A stretch of DNA of 62,800 nucleotides, counting the filler, from Octopus bimaculoides (Eukaryota), in the NCBI RefSeq assembly GCF_001194135.2. It is 5 parts of 5 records of this genome, joined end to end, with 100 filler letters (N's around TTAATTAATTAA, not from the genome) between each part and the next. Parts side by side here need not be neighbours in the genome. Positions count along the whole stretch, not along the records: positions 12,048 to 39,896 come from NC_068985.1; 4 more parts are not named here. One strand, written 5' to 3'. Positions within the stretch are counted from its first letter, which is position 1; each line of letters opens with the position of its first letter. The translations under genes were made by a program, and so were the position numbers. Under the pieces are notes generated by a model, which worked only from the letters and a program-made list of their open reading frames with translations, did no database searches and was not told the origin of the DNA. Of the stretch, positions 24,819-37,655 are shown piece by piece.

Positions 24819-25021
24819 CAAGAGGGTGTTGAAAAGTTCCTGGCTGTGGGTAAAAGAATATACAGGAAGATCAGTTAAGTATGGTTTTACTCAAACATAT
24901 TCCCCTCTCAGATTCACACACTTATTTTAGCGGTCCTTCTGTTTTCCTAAGCCCTGCAAAAGAACTCGGAATGCCTTTCGCGACACCTTTAAAGCCTGGA
25001 ACTATTCAGCACCCACTCGTA
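24819..25021. mobile_element. About 200-bp mariner-type MITE; second partial copy at about 24380-24550
   Basis: Imperfect TIRs gagggtgttgaaaagttcc / ggaactattcagcacccactcgta; shared internal cagattcacacactt. Confidence 0.7.
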
Positions 25022-25084
25022 AATATTATTCTGGAATAATTAGATAATATAAGTTTAAGATTTGTTTAACTGAAATATATTCAC

Positions 25085-25144
25085 CTTCGAATTGCTAACC
25101 ACAATTGCAAATGATATGTGCACACGTGGAAATCGGTAACCTCA
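25085..25144 (-). other. Candidate upstream exon (60 nt, phase 2-2 or 5' UTR): EVTDFHVCTYHLQLWLAIR
   Basis: ccattttaaAG|TGAGG...CGAAG|GTgaat; phase fits the microexon; lies across a scaffold join. Confidence 0.3.
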
Positions 25145-25448
25145 CTTTAAAATGGTACGGACAGCAAATAATGAAACACTTTCGGTTATCGATCCTTGGA
25201 AGTATGGAAGACTGATAATCCGAGCGGCATTGAAACTCGGAAGAAGGCGAGAAGAAATATTCTGCAAAGCTTTTTTAATCCTTAGCCGCTCCAATGACTA
25301 CCAGTTCTTTGGGTTGGTTTAGAGTAAAACTACCAATGTATAGACAAGGATGATAAATGAGATATAGGTACTACATAACAGCAACAGTTTCCACGTCCCA
25401 CAAAAGTTTATGTAATTCATATCTCTCTTAAAAGTCACACACGTACAC

Positions 25449-25486
<38 letters not shown>

Positions 25487-25858
25487 AAAGCATAAGGATT
25501 TTAATAGAGAACTCTGCTCCATCCATTGCAACATCATGTGTGTGTGTGTGCGTGCATGTGTGTGTGCGTACGTGCATATGTGTGTGTGCGTGTGTCTATG
25601 TAATCCAATTCTATATCGTTCTGAACAGCCCTGGAAATTTCTTTATCAGTTCTTAGTGACTGATCAAGGCTGCTGTTATCTAAGCTTGTATTCCTACATA
25701 TCCCAACATCGAGGTTTTGAATGATGCTTTCGTCAGGCGTTTGCATTCCTTTGCCCGACGAAAACAGAAACGCAAAGTTCGGAGTAGCGATCTATCCAAG
25801 TCATTCTATTATGTACTATTTCGCTGATGCGCCAACATGAAAACCAGCTTTTATTTTC

Positions 25859-25954
<96 letters not shown>

Positions 25955-25985
25955 ATATATACATATACATATATACAAATATTTG

Positions 25986-26026
25986 TCAGTTGTCGACCAG
26001 ATGTCAGACATCTGGTCGACAACTGA
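25986..26026. repeat. Perfect 20-bp inverted repeat with a 1-nt spacer
   Basis: tcagttgtcgaccagatgtc-a-gacatctggtcgacaactga. Confidence 0.95.
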
Positions 26027-26547
26027 TGAAAATCTGAGCGTGTCTGTGTCCGCTGTATTCTTTTTGCGTTTTCTTTTTTCGTAAATTTCTACGTCGTCAC
26101 ACCACCACCACCACGGATATTCCTATATGGCCTCGGATTACATTACGCAAACACATATACGCTACACATGCACACATGTATGAATGTGTATTTACATATG
26201 TTTATATATATGAGTATACACACACAACTTCCCGAGCTAATCGAGCTAATACACCTGTCTTCGTCTTTTGATTTTCTGTAAATTTCAACACCACGGCTCC
26301 ATCCTTGTCAGCCGGTTTTATGATGATGTCATTGCAGCGTCGGATATATCAAAGGGCCGAGAGTTCGGCCGGTGTTAGATAGATAGATAGATAGATACAT
26401 ACATACATACATACATACATACATACATACATGCATACATGCATACATACATGCTCACACACATACTGTTTGTTTCCTTTATATGAAATTATCTTCAAAA
26501 ACAGTCGCCATTAAAAGAGAAACAACTCATTTTATTTGAGTATGGCA

Positions 26548-26955
26548 TTTACTCTTTTACTTGTTTCAGTTATTTGACTGTGGCCATGCTGCAGCACCAC
26601 CTTTAGTCGAACAAATCGACCCCAGGACTTATTCCTTGTAAGCCTAGTACTTATTCTATCGGTCTCTTTTGCCGAACTGCTAAGTTACGGGGACGTAAAC
26701 ACACCAACATCAGTTGTCAAGCGATGTTGGGGCGGGGGAAAACATAGACATAAAAACACATACACACACCTATATATATATATACATATATACGACGGGC
26801 TTCTTTCAGTTTCCGTCTACCAAATCCACTCACAGGGATTTGGTCGGCCCGAGACTATAGCAGAAGACACTTGCCCTAGGTGCCACGCAGTGGGACTGAA
26901 CCCGGAACCATGTGGCTGGTAAGCAAGCTACTTACCACACAGTCTCTCCTACGCC
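26548..26955 (-). mobile_element. Full-length family A SINE
   Basis: Same structure as 22419-22817. Confidence 0.85.
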
Positions 26956-27482
26956 TTACAGAGGAAAACATTGGCAGTGACTTCGAAGTTTCACCAACAT
27001 TATGCCTCTGTGTGCGTGTGTGCGTTTGCATTTACATTAAACGAAGGAGACTATTCTCTTCATTTATTTTTTTGTCTTACATACATATATATTTAGCTAA
27101 TATATGTAATTGTTAGCTTTATTCTTTCAGGCCGTGTGAGAAATGGGAAAAAAAAACTACCTTCTCTAACACGAATAACCTTGTATGTAAGGGGGGGGGG
27201 AGAAAAAAAAAGATAGATAGATATATATAGAAGCAATGTGAAGTAAATAAAATGCAAGAATGGAATGTTGGGGAAAAGCTAATTAAAACGGCTAAGAAGA
27301 AGAAGAAGAAGAAGGAACTAGAAAAACAACAGATTTGCAAGATATAGAACTGAATGGAAAAGTATAACCGGAAGAATGTAAGCATGGCAAAAAGGTGAAG
27401 AATGAACATTGAAAACAAACGCATATGCGCTCGTGCACACACCTACACACACACACATACATATCATGTATGTATTTATGGA

Positions 27483-27527
<45 letters not shown>

Positions 27528-27769
27528 ATTGTTGTGGGAGTGGGGCAGAGGAATGCGTAAAGGATTAGGAAAGAAAAAAAATAGGGTAAGAATTGTTAAA
27601 AAGCGGATTGGCTATGAAAGATAGAAACGGAAGAAAAAGAAAAAACGAAATAATGAGAAAAGAAAGAAAAAGCGAAAGATAAAATCCAATTCCTAGGCTC
27701 GCTCGTCATATTTCGAACACACAAACACATTACGCTATGCGTGTGTGTGTTTGTGTGTTTGTGAGGGAG

Positions 27770-27841
27770 AGAGAGACAGAGAGAGAACGAAAGGGAGAAA
27801 GTGCTAGATAGGAAGAGAGATAGATTGAGAGAGAAGAGTGT

Positions 27842-27903
<62 letters not shown>

Positions 27904-28280
27904 TACAGTGAGAGAGAGAGAGATACAGAGAGAGAGAGAGAGAGAGAGAGATACAGAGAGAGAGAGAGATACAGAGAGAGAGAGAGAGAAAGAGAGAGAG
28001 GAGAGACAGAGAGACAGAGAGAGAGAGAGAGAGATACAAAGAGAGAGAGAGAGATACAGAGAGAGAGAGAGAGATACAGGGAGAGAGAGAGATACAGAGA
28101 GAGAGATACAGAGAGAGAGAGAGAGGATGAAAAGAGAAGATAAAGAGACATGCAGATAAATAAAAGAGAGAAAGAAAGATGATGAGAAAGAGAGAGAGGG
28201 AGAGAGAGACTGAGAGAGGGAACGAAAGAGAGAAAGAGCTAGAAAGGAAGAGAGATAGATTCAGAAAGGAGAGTGTGTGT

Positions 28281-28319
<39 letters not shown>

Positions 28320-28391
28320 GATGAAAAGAGAGGATAAAGAGAGATGCAGATAGATAAAAGAGAGAAAGGAAGATGACGAAAAAGGGAGAGA

Positions 28392-28452
<61 letters not shown>
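27770..28452. repeat. Long polypurine (GA)n/(GAGATACA) tract
   Basis: Directly visible. Confidence 0.95.
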
Positions 28453-28454
<2 letters not shown>

Positions 28455-28800
28455 GGGCGAAATACGAAAGTGTGCAAACGTTGAAGAAGGGGAAATAATG
28501 CTCAAAATAACAATAATAATAGTACTAATAATACAACTAACAACGAAAAGCTATGTCAGAAACGGGAAACGTAATATATATGAGATAATGATAATAAGGA
28601 GAAAATAAAAGAGAAAACACACATGCACACACACACATACATGCACACACATGCACACACATGCACACACACACGCAATAGCATAAAAAATAAATGTAGA
28701 AACATTACAAAAAAAACAAATGAAAAAGGTCATCTTATTGGCCATTGCAGGAACATAAACCTGGAGCCAGTTTTTCTCCGAAACCGGCTTACATCAACAC

Positions 28801-28857
<57 letters not shown>

Positions 28858-29587
28858 NNNNNNNNNNNNNNNNNNNNNNNNNNNNNNNNNNNNNNNNNNN
28901 NNNNNNNNNNNNNNNNNNNNNNNNNNNNNNNNNNNNNNNNNNNNNNNNNNNNNNNNNNNNNNNNNNNNNNNNNNNNNNNNNNNNNNNNNNNNNNNNNNNN
29001 NNNNNNNNNNNNNNNNNNNNNNNNNNNNNNNNNNNNNNNNNNNNNNNNNNNNNNNNNNNNNNNNNNNNNNNNNNNNNNNNNNNNNNNNNNNNNNNNNNNN
29101 NNNNNNNNNNNNNNNNNNNNNNNNNNNNNNNNNNNNNNNNNNNNNNNNNNNNNNNNNNNNNNNNNNNNNNNNNNNNNNNNNNNNNNNNNNNNNNNNNNNN
29201 NNNNNNNNNNNNNNNNNNNNNNNNNNNNNNNNNNNNNNNNNNNNNNNNNNNNNNNNNNNNNNNNNNNNNNNNNNNNNNNNNNNNNNNNNNNNNNNNNNNN
29301 NNNNNNNNNNNNNNNNNNNNNNNNNNNNNNNNNNNNNNNNNNNNNNNNNNNNNNNNNNNNNNNNNNNNNNNNNNNNNNNNNNNNNNNNNNNNNNNNNNNN
29401 NNNNNNNNNNNNNNNNNNNNNNNNNNNNNNNNNNNNNNNNNNNNNNNNNNNNNNNNNNNNNNNNNNNNNNNNNNNNNNNNNNNNNNNNNNNNNNNNNNNN
29501 NNNNNNNNNNNNNNNNNNNNNNNNNNNNNNNNNNNNNNNNNNNNNNNNNNNNNNNNNNNNNNNNNNNNNNNNNNNNNNNNNNNNNNN

Positions 29588-29659
<72 letters not shown>

Positions 29660-29761
29660 CATGCGTGTATGTGTCCTTGTGTTGCGTGGACGTATGCATC
29701 TATTCATCCATCTATCTCTGTATACGCGCGCGAACACACACACGCACACACACACAAACAT

Positions 29762-29793
<32 letters not shown>

Positions 29794-29831
29794 GTGCACA
29801 CATGCACAGGTTTATATATAGAAAGAGGTAA

Positions 29832-29901
<70 letters not shown>

Positions 29902-29936
29902 GGACGGACGGACGGACGGATGGATGGATGGATGGG

Positions 29937-30008
<72 letters not shown>

Positions 30009-30024
30009 TGGATAGGTAGATGGG

Positions 30025-30065
<41 letters not shown>

Positions 30066-30424
30066 CTGTGGAATAACTTATTCGTGTACACATGTGTAGG
30101 GGGCTTCCAACCACAGCAAACGAAGCCAGCTACACGCATGGGTACACGTAGTACGCATCGATATGTAATTTTTCGGTTTGGATGTAGAAACATTATCACA
30201 TACATTGCCATTTACAAATACAACGCTGTGTTTACGTGTGTACATACATAAAAACATGATGGAGTGCAAAGGGGCTGGTCTTGAACTTGGAGTTTAGGGT
30301 CCCAACGGAGCTGGTCTGAGCTTTAAACTTTAACTTCATTAACAACAGACGTGCAGTTTTCTACAGGGTCGCTCAGCCTGCTAGAAATAACGACCAAATC
30401 TTTTTTTTTCCAAATTATACCATA

Positions 30425-30622
30425 GGCGTACAACAGGAGTGGCTGTGTGGTAAGTAGCTTGCTTACCAACCACATGGTTCCGGGTTCATTCCCACTGCGT
30501 GGCACCTTGGGCAAGTGTCTTCTACTATAGCCTTGGGCTGACCAAAGCCTTGGAAGTGGATTTGGTAGGCAGAAACTGAAAGAAGCCTGTCGTATATATG
30601 TTTATATATAAATACATATATA

Positions 30623-30679
<57 letters not shown>

Positions 30680-30806
30680 TTGTGTGTCTGTGTTTGTCCC
30701 CCCAACATCGCTTGACAACCGATGGGGGTGTGTTTACGTCCCCGTAACGTAGCGATTCGGCAAAAGACACCGATAGAATAAGTACTAGGCTTACAAAGAA
30801 TAAGTC
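30425..30806 (+). mobile_element. Family A SINE with expanded internal (TG)n
   Basis: Head, core, microsatellite and 3' body. Confidence 0.85.
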
Positions 30807-30899
30807 CGGCACCGGTCTAATATCATCCTGACCGCGAAGGGTGCGAACTTTCGCCCGATTGTTCTCCATTCTACAAGTGCATACTTTAAGTTTATCCAC

Positions 30900-31330
30900 A
30901 CACACACTGATCAATTTCACCACAGTCACTCACATTTTAGCAAATTCTCTGTGGGGAAAGCGCTTCATCTTTCACACGCTTAGATTTTGAAGTGGAACTT
31001 GAAAAGCATCGACGTGAGTTTAACAGAAGAAAGCATCTGACTTCCAACCTTTTGGCCACGTCTATCACAGAACCTCTTTTGTCATAACCAGTAGATAAAG
31101 GAAAATTGTCAGTCCAGTTTTATTAATGTTGGGCAGTGAGAAGATCTCGACGATGGACCTGATTGATCGGCGGATGCATCCTAATGCTACAGGACGTTGT
31201 TTGACATAATTCCACTAGTGAGCAATGCTCGAACATTGCATGAAAGCATGCAATATTTTTCGACGCCCTGCACGTATCTCAGGCAGTCCCGCTTGGCGGC
31301 ACTTCTGTGCCTGTGGTATTTTCCCTGAAC
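30900..31330 (-). mobile_element. Third Tx1-like ORF2 C-terminal fragment
   Basis: KILHAFMQCSSIAH*WNYV...SIVEI, matching the motif at 33100-33250. Confidence 0.55.
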
Positions 31331-31419
31331 CGCTACTGCATCTTAGTTTCCGATCCGAAGACTTCTGTAACAGACCAACCATCTTATCTTTCTCGATGCC
31401 CAAAGTTTCTATATGTTGG

Positions 31420-31827
31420 TTTCAAATTTTGGTTCAATGTCAACAATTTCGGGGGAAGGGTAAGTCGTTTGATTGACTTCAGTCGACCCCAGTTTTCAAC
31501 TCGTACTTATTTTGTCGACCCCAAAACGGTGGGAAAGGCAGAGTCGATCATAGTGGAATTTGTACTCAGGACTTAAAGACGAACGAAATACCTATTTCGT
31601 TATTGCCCACAAGGGGCTAAACATAGAGGGAACAAACAAGAACAGATGAACGGATTAAGTCGATTACATCGACCCCAGTGCGTAACTGGTACTTAATTTA
31701 TCGACCTCGAAAGGATGAAAGGCAAAGTCGACCTCGGCGGAATTTGAACTCAGAACGTAACGGCAGACGAAATACCGCTAAGCATTTCGTCCAGCGTTCT
31801 AACGATTCTGCCAGCTCGCCGCCTTAG
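31420..31827 (-). mobile_element. Family B SINE dimer
   Basis: Tail aacgaaata joins ggtatttcg at 31593/31592. Confidence 0.8.
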
Positions 31828-31854
31828 AATCTTCCATATATTTTTAACGTGGAA

Positions 31855-32400
31855 CTTTCACTGACCGCATTCTCCAACCGGTAGAGGGCAGCAAGCGCTC
31901 GACAACATTACAGATGCCGGGTTTCCAGACTTGGTCTTCTCTTGACCCACGACTGCCGCTTCGTCAAAGAGAAGAACTCGAGGAATCTCTGCAATTGGTG
32001 CAGTCTCAGCGTTTATCTGCGCATCAACAGTCATGTTATGCCGTGTCCGCTTTCGTGAGGACACTTGCAACAGATGGGCCTCTGAAAGATGTCCTTTCAC
32101 AGGCAACAGAAGAGCAGATGCTCTAGTATGTTCAGATGGGAACGAGGATAAGGCACGATGGTCAGATAATGAACTAGGACAGAAGTGATATATATATATA
32201 TTCGGCACCTCAGCTGAATCTTTCACGGGCAACTGCCTCTCAGCCCGTATCTTGGTAAAGCTGGCCATCTTTCCTCGTAACCGTGTCCCAGTTTTTTTTC
32301 TCTTTTCTTTTACAAGAAGATCGCACCGAAGCAGACTCCGAACAGCTTAACAAGTTTTCAAACTAGCGACGCATGATGGTGTTTAACGGCATATCGTCCA
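31855..32400 (-). mobile_element. Second Tx1-like ORF2 C-terminal fragment
   Basis: QLY...LPVKD...FCP motif resembling the ALPVRD-CPRC knuckle region. Confidence 0.5.
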
Positions 32401-32989
32401 TCTTTCCAGGTGCCAAGCTATAAGTCCACCGATTCGTCCAGATATATCTTAACTCCTCCCTTTGCTTTGTATTCATTCAGAATAATGGCTATTGATTTAT
32501 TTTATTTACCACCGGAAAGCTGGACGAAAGAAACGTTATAAAGACAAGTTTATATGTAGCGTTTAGGGTTTACGTACAGATAACGAGTGTAAAACAGGAT
32601 GTGAAAGTACACATAGTTTATAAATTTATCATGGCATGACTGATATTGTTCTGCTGAATCAGGAGGATCTTCAACTAGGGCCAGTCAGGCTACCCCCACC
32701 TATCCAAGATCAGCCAAACCACCAAGGTGATGTACTATCTTACAGTTGTTTTGTTATACGACCTCTAGGTACATGCTTAGAATAAGTAAGATTAGTGCCC
32801 TCTTGCCACGTTCGTTACAGTCACCCATTTTTTAATATATTTCCTTTCCAAATGCGAGGCGTAGAACGACGCCGACAGCAAGGGTGAGGGCGCTCACCTC
32901 TGGCGGGCGGGGCGGCGGCGGAAAATCGGGGACGCGCCGGCCGTGTAGAGTCGATCACGCACCGGGTAACGTGGGGCTAACCATCGGCA

Positions 32990-35330
32990 GAAAAGTCGAA
33001 TAGGACCTGACCGAAGACAAAAGTATCATCAGTTACTTCCACCACACGAAGTTCTCCGGACAGAAAGGAAATGTCTGTCTTGCCTGATGGAGGGAAGGTG
33101 ATGGAACGATCTTTACGATGGATTCGGTCGATAACCAGATTCGTCTTACATGCGACAAGAGTTGTTCAACATAAAACCACGAATCAGCAAAGCTTGGATA
33201 CTGTACGAATAAGTGTAGTATGGTTTCGTTGCTCAGCGCATTATTTCAAACAGTATTCTCTGACTATTTTTCGTTGAACCGATACTGAGCTTCGAAGTTA
33301 AGAATTTCTGGAAGTTATCTATGATAGTCCCCGGCCTGAAAATCGCAGTTGTCTGGACCAGATCAACAAGTTCATTTTTGAAGTAGTTGTATGCTGTCAG
33401 CTTAATGTGACAGTCCCCTGAAGGGAATAATACTGCTGTCGGTTAGACCTAGGAGGCTGCACCGCTTCCTGTCGGCCTTGACACATTTCCTGTGTCCTTA
33501 TGTTTACAAGGGGGAGACAAGCACCTCCACTATTTCTAGTTCATTTTTGTCGACGCCCAGAGTTTTTCCTCATTGATATCGTTGCTCATTCTCGCTACCT
33601 ATCTAGTATATATAACGTTGAACTATTGACAACACTACCGACAGACAGGGCAATGAATACCTGACAGCGTTCCAGATGCTAGGCACCCAGTTTTCGTAAT
33701 TTCTCGACCGAAGACTGCAGCTCTTTCAACGAGACGACCTATAGAAATATGTGCACTAGACATATCTTACAAATGGAGATCACACCTGCTCACCGTCCAG
33801 GAATCTTTGCGGATGGAGCAGGCTCGGCTTGTCTGCGCATCAGCAGCCACTGTGGACTGATCTTGCCTTGCAGACGGAGTTAACAGCAAAGAGATCGTCT
33901 GCTTTGTGAAACGTATCTTCGACAGGAAGCCGATTAGCAAAGATACCAGTCTGATCAGATGAGGACTAGGACAAGATTCAATAATCCGGTGGTTAAATTA
34001 AGACAAAGGAGATATGGCGATTCATCCCATTTGCTCAATTTTTATGGTAGAGCTTTTTCTCATTTCATTTCTTGGTGAGGCCAGTCACTCTGATCGCAGT
34101 CTCATTCCAATACGAGTCCTCGTGAAGGTCAAGACTGCAACAAATCTCAAGCAGTTTAACTGGTGTCCCTGTCCAGCGCTCCTCAACGGTGTCCGTTGAC
34201 ATAAACCCGCCTCGCCCGGCTCCAGGCTGTAAACCAATCCGATTGTCTGGGTTCATTTTTGCTTCTTTCGCCGTCTCGTATTCCTTTTAAAATACTGCCG
34301 ACTACCTCTTCCGTGGCGTCCGACACCATTGCAGTGACATCATCTACATGTGCTAATACAACTCTCTCGCTTCCTAGCTCGAAAACTCTTGTGACTCAGC
34401 ACTTACCTAAGAGGTGAAAAACGGCACCTTTTTCGGTAAAAGCTGATGATGAGAAACGATTCCGAAAGAAAACTCATTGACGACAAGCTCCAGCTTCTTT
34501 GTTAACAACTTGGCCAAATATCAAATTCTGCATTTAGCAGAGTTATTGGCTGAAATAATCTATAACACGTCACTGTGGACACTTTCTCATCTATGCTATT
34601 ACGTTTTTTTTCACAGAACTGCTAAAAGGCGGCGAGCTGGCAGAAACGTTAGCACGCCAGGCGTAATGCTTAGCAGTATTTCGTCTGCCGCTACGTTCTG
34701 AGTTCAAATTCCGCCGAGGTCGACTTTGCCTTTCATTCTTTCGGGGTTGATAAATTAAGTACCAGTTACGCACTGGGGTCGATGTAATCGACTTAATCCC
34801 TTTGTCTGTCCTTGTTTGTCCCCTCTATGTTTAGCCGCTTGTGGGCAATAAAGAAATAAGAACTGCTAATTCATCTGTTTTACTGCTAATTGCGTTAAAC
34901 GTCTGCCGAAAAGTTGTCTAGTATATACCCATAAAGCTCGGAGAGCAAACTATCCAAACCGGGCGATTTGTCTCTCGTGCAGTGTTTTATCACCTCTCTT
35001 GTTTCAGTTAAAGTTCTCGGCATTTCACAACCCCTCCTATCTTCCGCTGAGAGTCGTGATAGGACATTGAAATAGCCGCAAAGACCATTAACATAGACCT
35101 ATTGCTTGTCCTGCACATTCGAGCAAAGTACCGTTGAACTTTGCGCACGTCTGCTTGGAATAGAGTAGAACGTGACTGTCCCGATCTGTCTGGGATCGAA
35201 TTGTGGTTTTGCTGCCAAATTACATCCCTCATCCCGAGCCCAACGAACAGCTTTCGTTGCTTTTTGTTTTAGTGCAGGAGCTTTGGGTCTGATACCGTAG
35301 CCTTACTGTGACCTCAAAGCCCTGTTATGA
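32990..35330 (-). mobile_element. Degenerate Tx1-like (L1 group) LINE ORF2, interrupted by a SINE at 34626-34858
   Basis: AHVDDVTAMVSD (34339-34353, YADD-equivalent), GLQPGAGRG...ERWTGTPVKLLEI, ETILHLFVQ and VEQLLSHVRRIWLSTESIVKI; many stops and frameshifts. Confidence 0.75.
34626..34858 (+). mobile_element. Family B SINE with 11-bp TSD agaactgctaa, inserted in the Tx1 remnant
   Basis: TSD at 34615-34625 and 34859-34869. Confidence 0.9.
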
Positions 35331-36564
35331 TCAGTATTGTAGTGGTCTTTAAATCGACGTTTAGAGAGTCACTCTTACTTTCTGTTTAAAGTTGGTGCTT
35401 TTTTAATGAGAATAAATGCAGAAGTCACCGTAATTTTCTCAAGGATTACTTATCAGAACTTTTAAACACCACGTATGGTTTTATAAGCTTCTTATATTTC
35501 TTATGTCTATATGTCTGAAGATACACTCATGGTTTAAACATCAACATTCGAAAGTGCCTTCGCATATTCCGATACATGACTTAGGCAGCCTGTGTATTTC
35601 CAGTAATTCAGACACTAGTTTGATGCATTACGCATTCAATTTTGTATACAATGCCGAAGGTACATAACCACTGAATATACCAATTACAGTGATCTCTTCT
35701 GTTGTCTGTGTGCAGGGAATTTTACAGATAAATATCTATAGAATTAATTTCCCAGTTCTTAGTTTTATTAGATAATTTGGTATGTTTACTTGATAGACTT
35801 CATAGCTAACCTTTAAATGTTGCTGGTGTAATAGTTTGGTTATTTTTCCTGTGAAGAAGTTTTCCTGAACCATTTTAGGACGCTTTTAGCAATATTGAAT
35901 TTCACACTCAAGATCTATGGAGGGTTGAACCAGATTAAATTAACATAACGGTGTTTGTCGTTTTTTTTTTTTTTTTAATGCTGGAAATGTTCCAGGTATA
36001 GAAATAAACTTAATTTTTATTCTAAACCAACTATTCTTAAGTGTTTTAGTTGCTTGTGATACTATCAAATGTTACTTTAACTGATGATCTACAGGAGATT
36101 GTTCAAGTAATGTTGATGACAATGTTCTTAAGAATGGTGATAGAATATTTCTGTTGCTGTAAAGAACTCTTTTATAAAAGGAACCTGACAACTTGTTTAA
36201 GTAACAGAAAAATGGAGCTTGATTATCTCTAGAATAACTACGATAGGTTGTCTCTGAATATGAGATTAAAGAGTAGGGGACCAGAAATAGTCTTTCGATA
36301 TGAGATTAAAGGGTAGAAGGCCAGAAATAAATATCTTTATCTGTGCACTGCGCTCTCTGTAACGGACCAAAATGTGAGTTTTATAATCTCGGTCGCTTAC
36401 AGTCCATGGAAAGTCGGTTAAGCTCCGTCCTTGGGAGACTTAAGGCTCATGACAAAACTAAATCTAAGGCCAAGGCGGTGTTCTGAGTTCAAATCTCTGC
36501 GAAGTCAACTTTGCATTTCATCTTCTCCATAAATTAAAGTTCCAGCCCTGGTAAGTCGATTAGC

Positions 36565-36909
36565 AGAACTGTTAGAACATGAGGTTGTTTAAGAGAGCGA
36601 GCTGGCAGAAATGTTAGCACGCCGGGCGGAAAGCGTAGCGGTATTTTGTCTGCTGCTACGTTCTGAGTTCAAATTCCGCCGAAGTCGACTTTGCCTTTCA
36701 TCCTTTCGGGGTCGATAAATTAAGTACCAGTTACGCACTGGGATCTATGTAATCGACTTAATCCGTTTGTCTGTCCTTGTTTGTCCCCTCTATGTTTAGC
36801 CCCTTGTGGGCAATAAAGAAATAAGAACTGTTAGAACATGAGGTTGTTTAAGAGAGCGAGCTGGCAGAAATGTTAGCACGCCGGGCGGAAAGCGTAGCGG
36901 TATTTTGTC
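36565..36909 (+). mobile_element. Family B SINE with an 86-bp duplicated flank/head up to a gap
   Basis: 36565-36650 is repeated at 36824-36909. Confidence 0.75.
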
Positions 36910-37121
36910 NNNNNNNNNNTGTCATCCAGTTTGATAGCAACAACTGGTCCTCGGCTGCCTTTCACGGAATTCATTTTGTTGTAAGCATTCAGACAAGATT
37001 TGAAAGAAAATTTTTTTCTTTCTTACTCTTTGCCTAAAAAAACAAAAGCAACAAAATACCATGGGTACAGCTCTTCTCTCCCTGACTAATCTGAAAAATA
37101 AAGGTTAAATGAAAATAAAGG

Positions 37122-37455
37122 GTAAGTGTCTTCTACTATAGCCTCGGGCCGACCAAAGCCTTGTGAGTGGATTTGGTAGGCGGAAACTGAAAGAAGCCCG
37201 TCGTATATATGTATATATTTTTGTATGTGTGTGTGTATATGTTTGTGTGTCTGTGTTTGTCACCCAACATCGCTTAACAACCGATGCTGGTGTGTTTACG
37301 TACCCCGTAACTTAGCGGTTTGGCCAAAGAGACCGATAGAATAAGTACGAGGCTTACAAAGAATAAGTCTTGGGGTCGATTGGATCGACTAAAGGCGGTG
37401 CTCTAGCATGGCCACGGTCAAATGACTGAAACAAGTAAAAGAGTAAAAGAATAAA
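37122..37455 (+). mobile_element. 5'-truncated family A SINE
   Basis: Starts at aagtgtcttctactatagcc. Confidence 0.8.
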
Positions 37456-37570
37456 AGAATATGGCAATAAAACTACAGTAGAATGTAAAGAATATTTTAT
37501 GTAAAATAAAAAGAATGTCGAGATTATTTATAGTAAAATACATAATTATTATAATCGTTTTCTGAATTAC

Positions 37571-37655
37571 TTTCACTCGCACTAGACTCGCGCACGCTGT
37601 CACTTGTCGTCGCGATCACAGATTCACAAGCACTCGTAGACGGACTTGTAGATTT
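37571..37655 (-). other. Candidate exon or 5' UTR segment (85 nt; KSTSPSTSACESVIATTSDSVRESSASE)
   Basis: cttgtttttaaaacAG|AAATCT...GTGAAA|GTaatt; unique CpG-containing sequence; one open frame. Confidence 0.2.
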
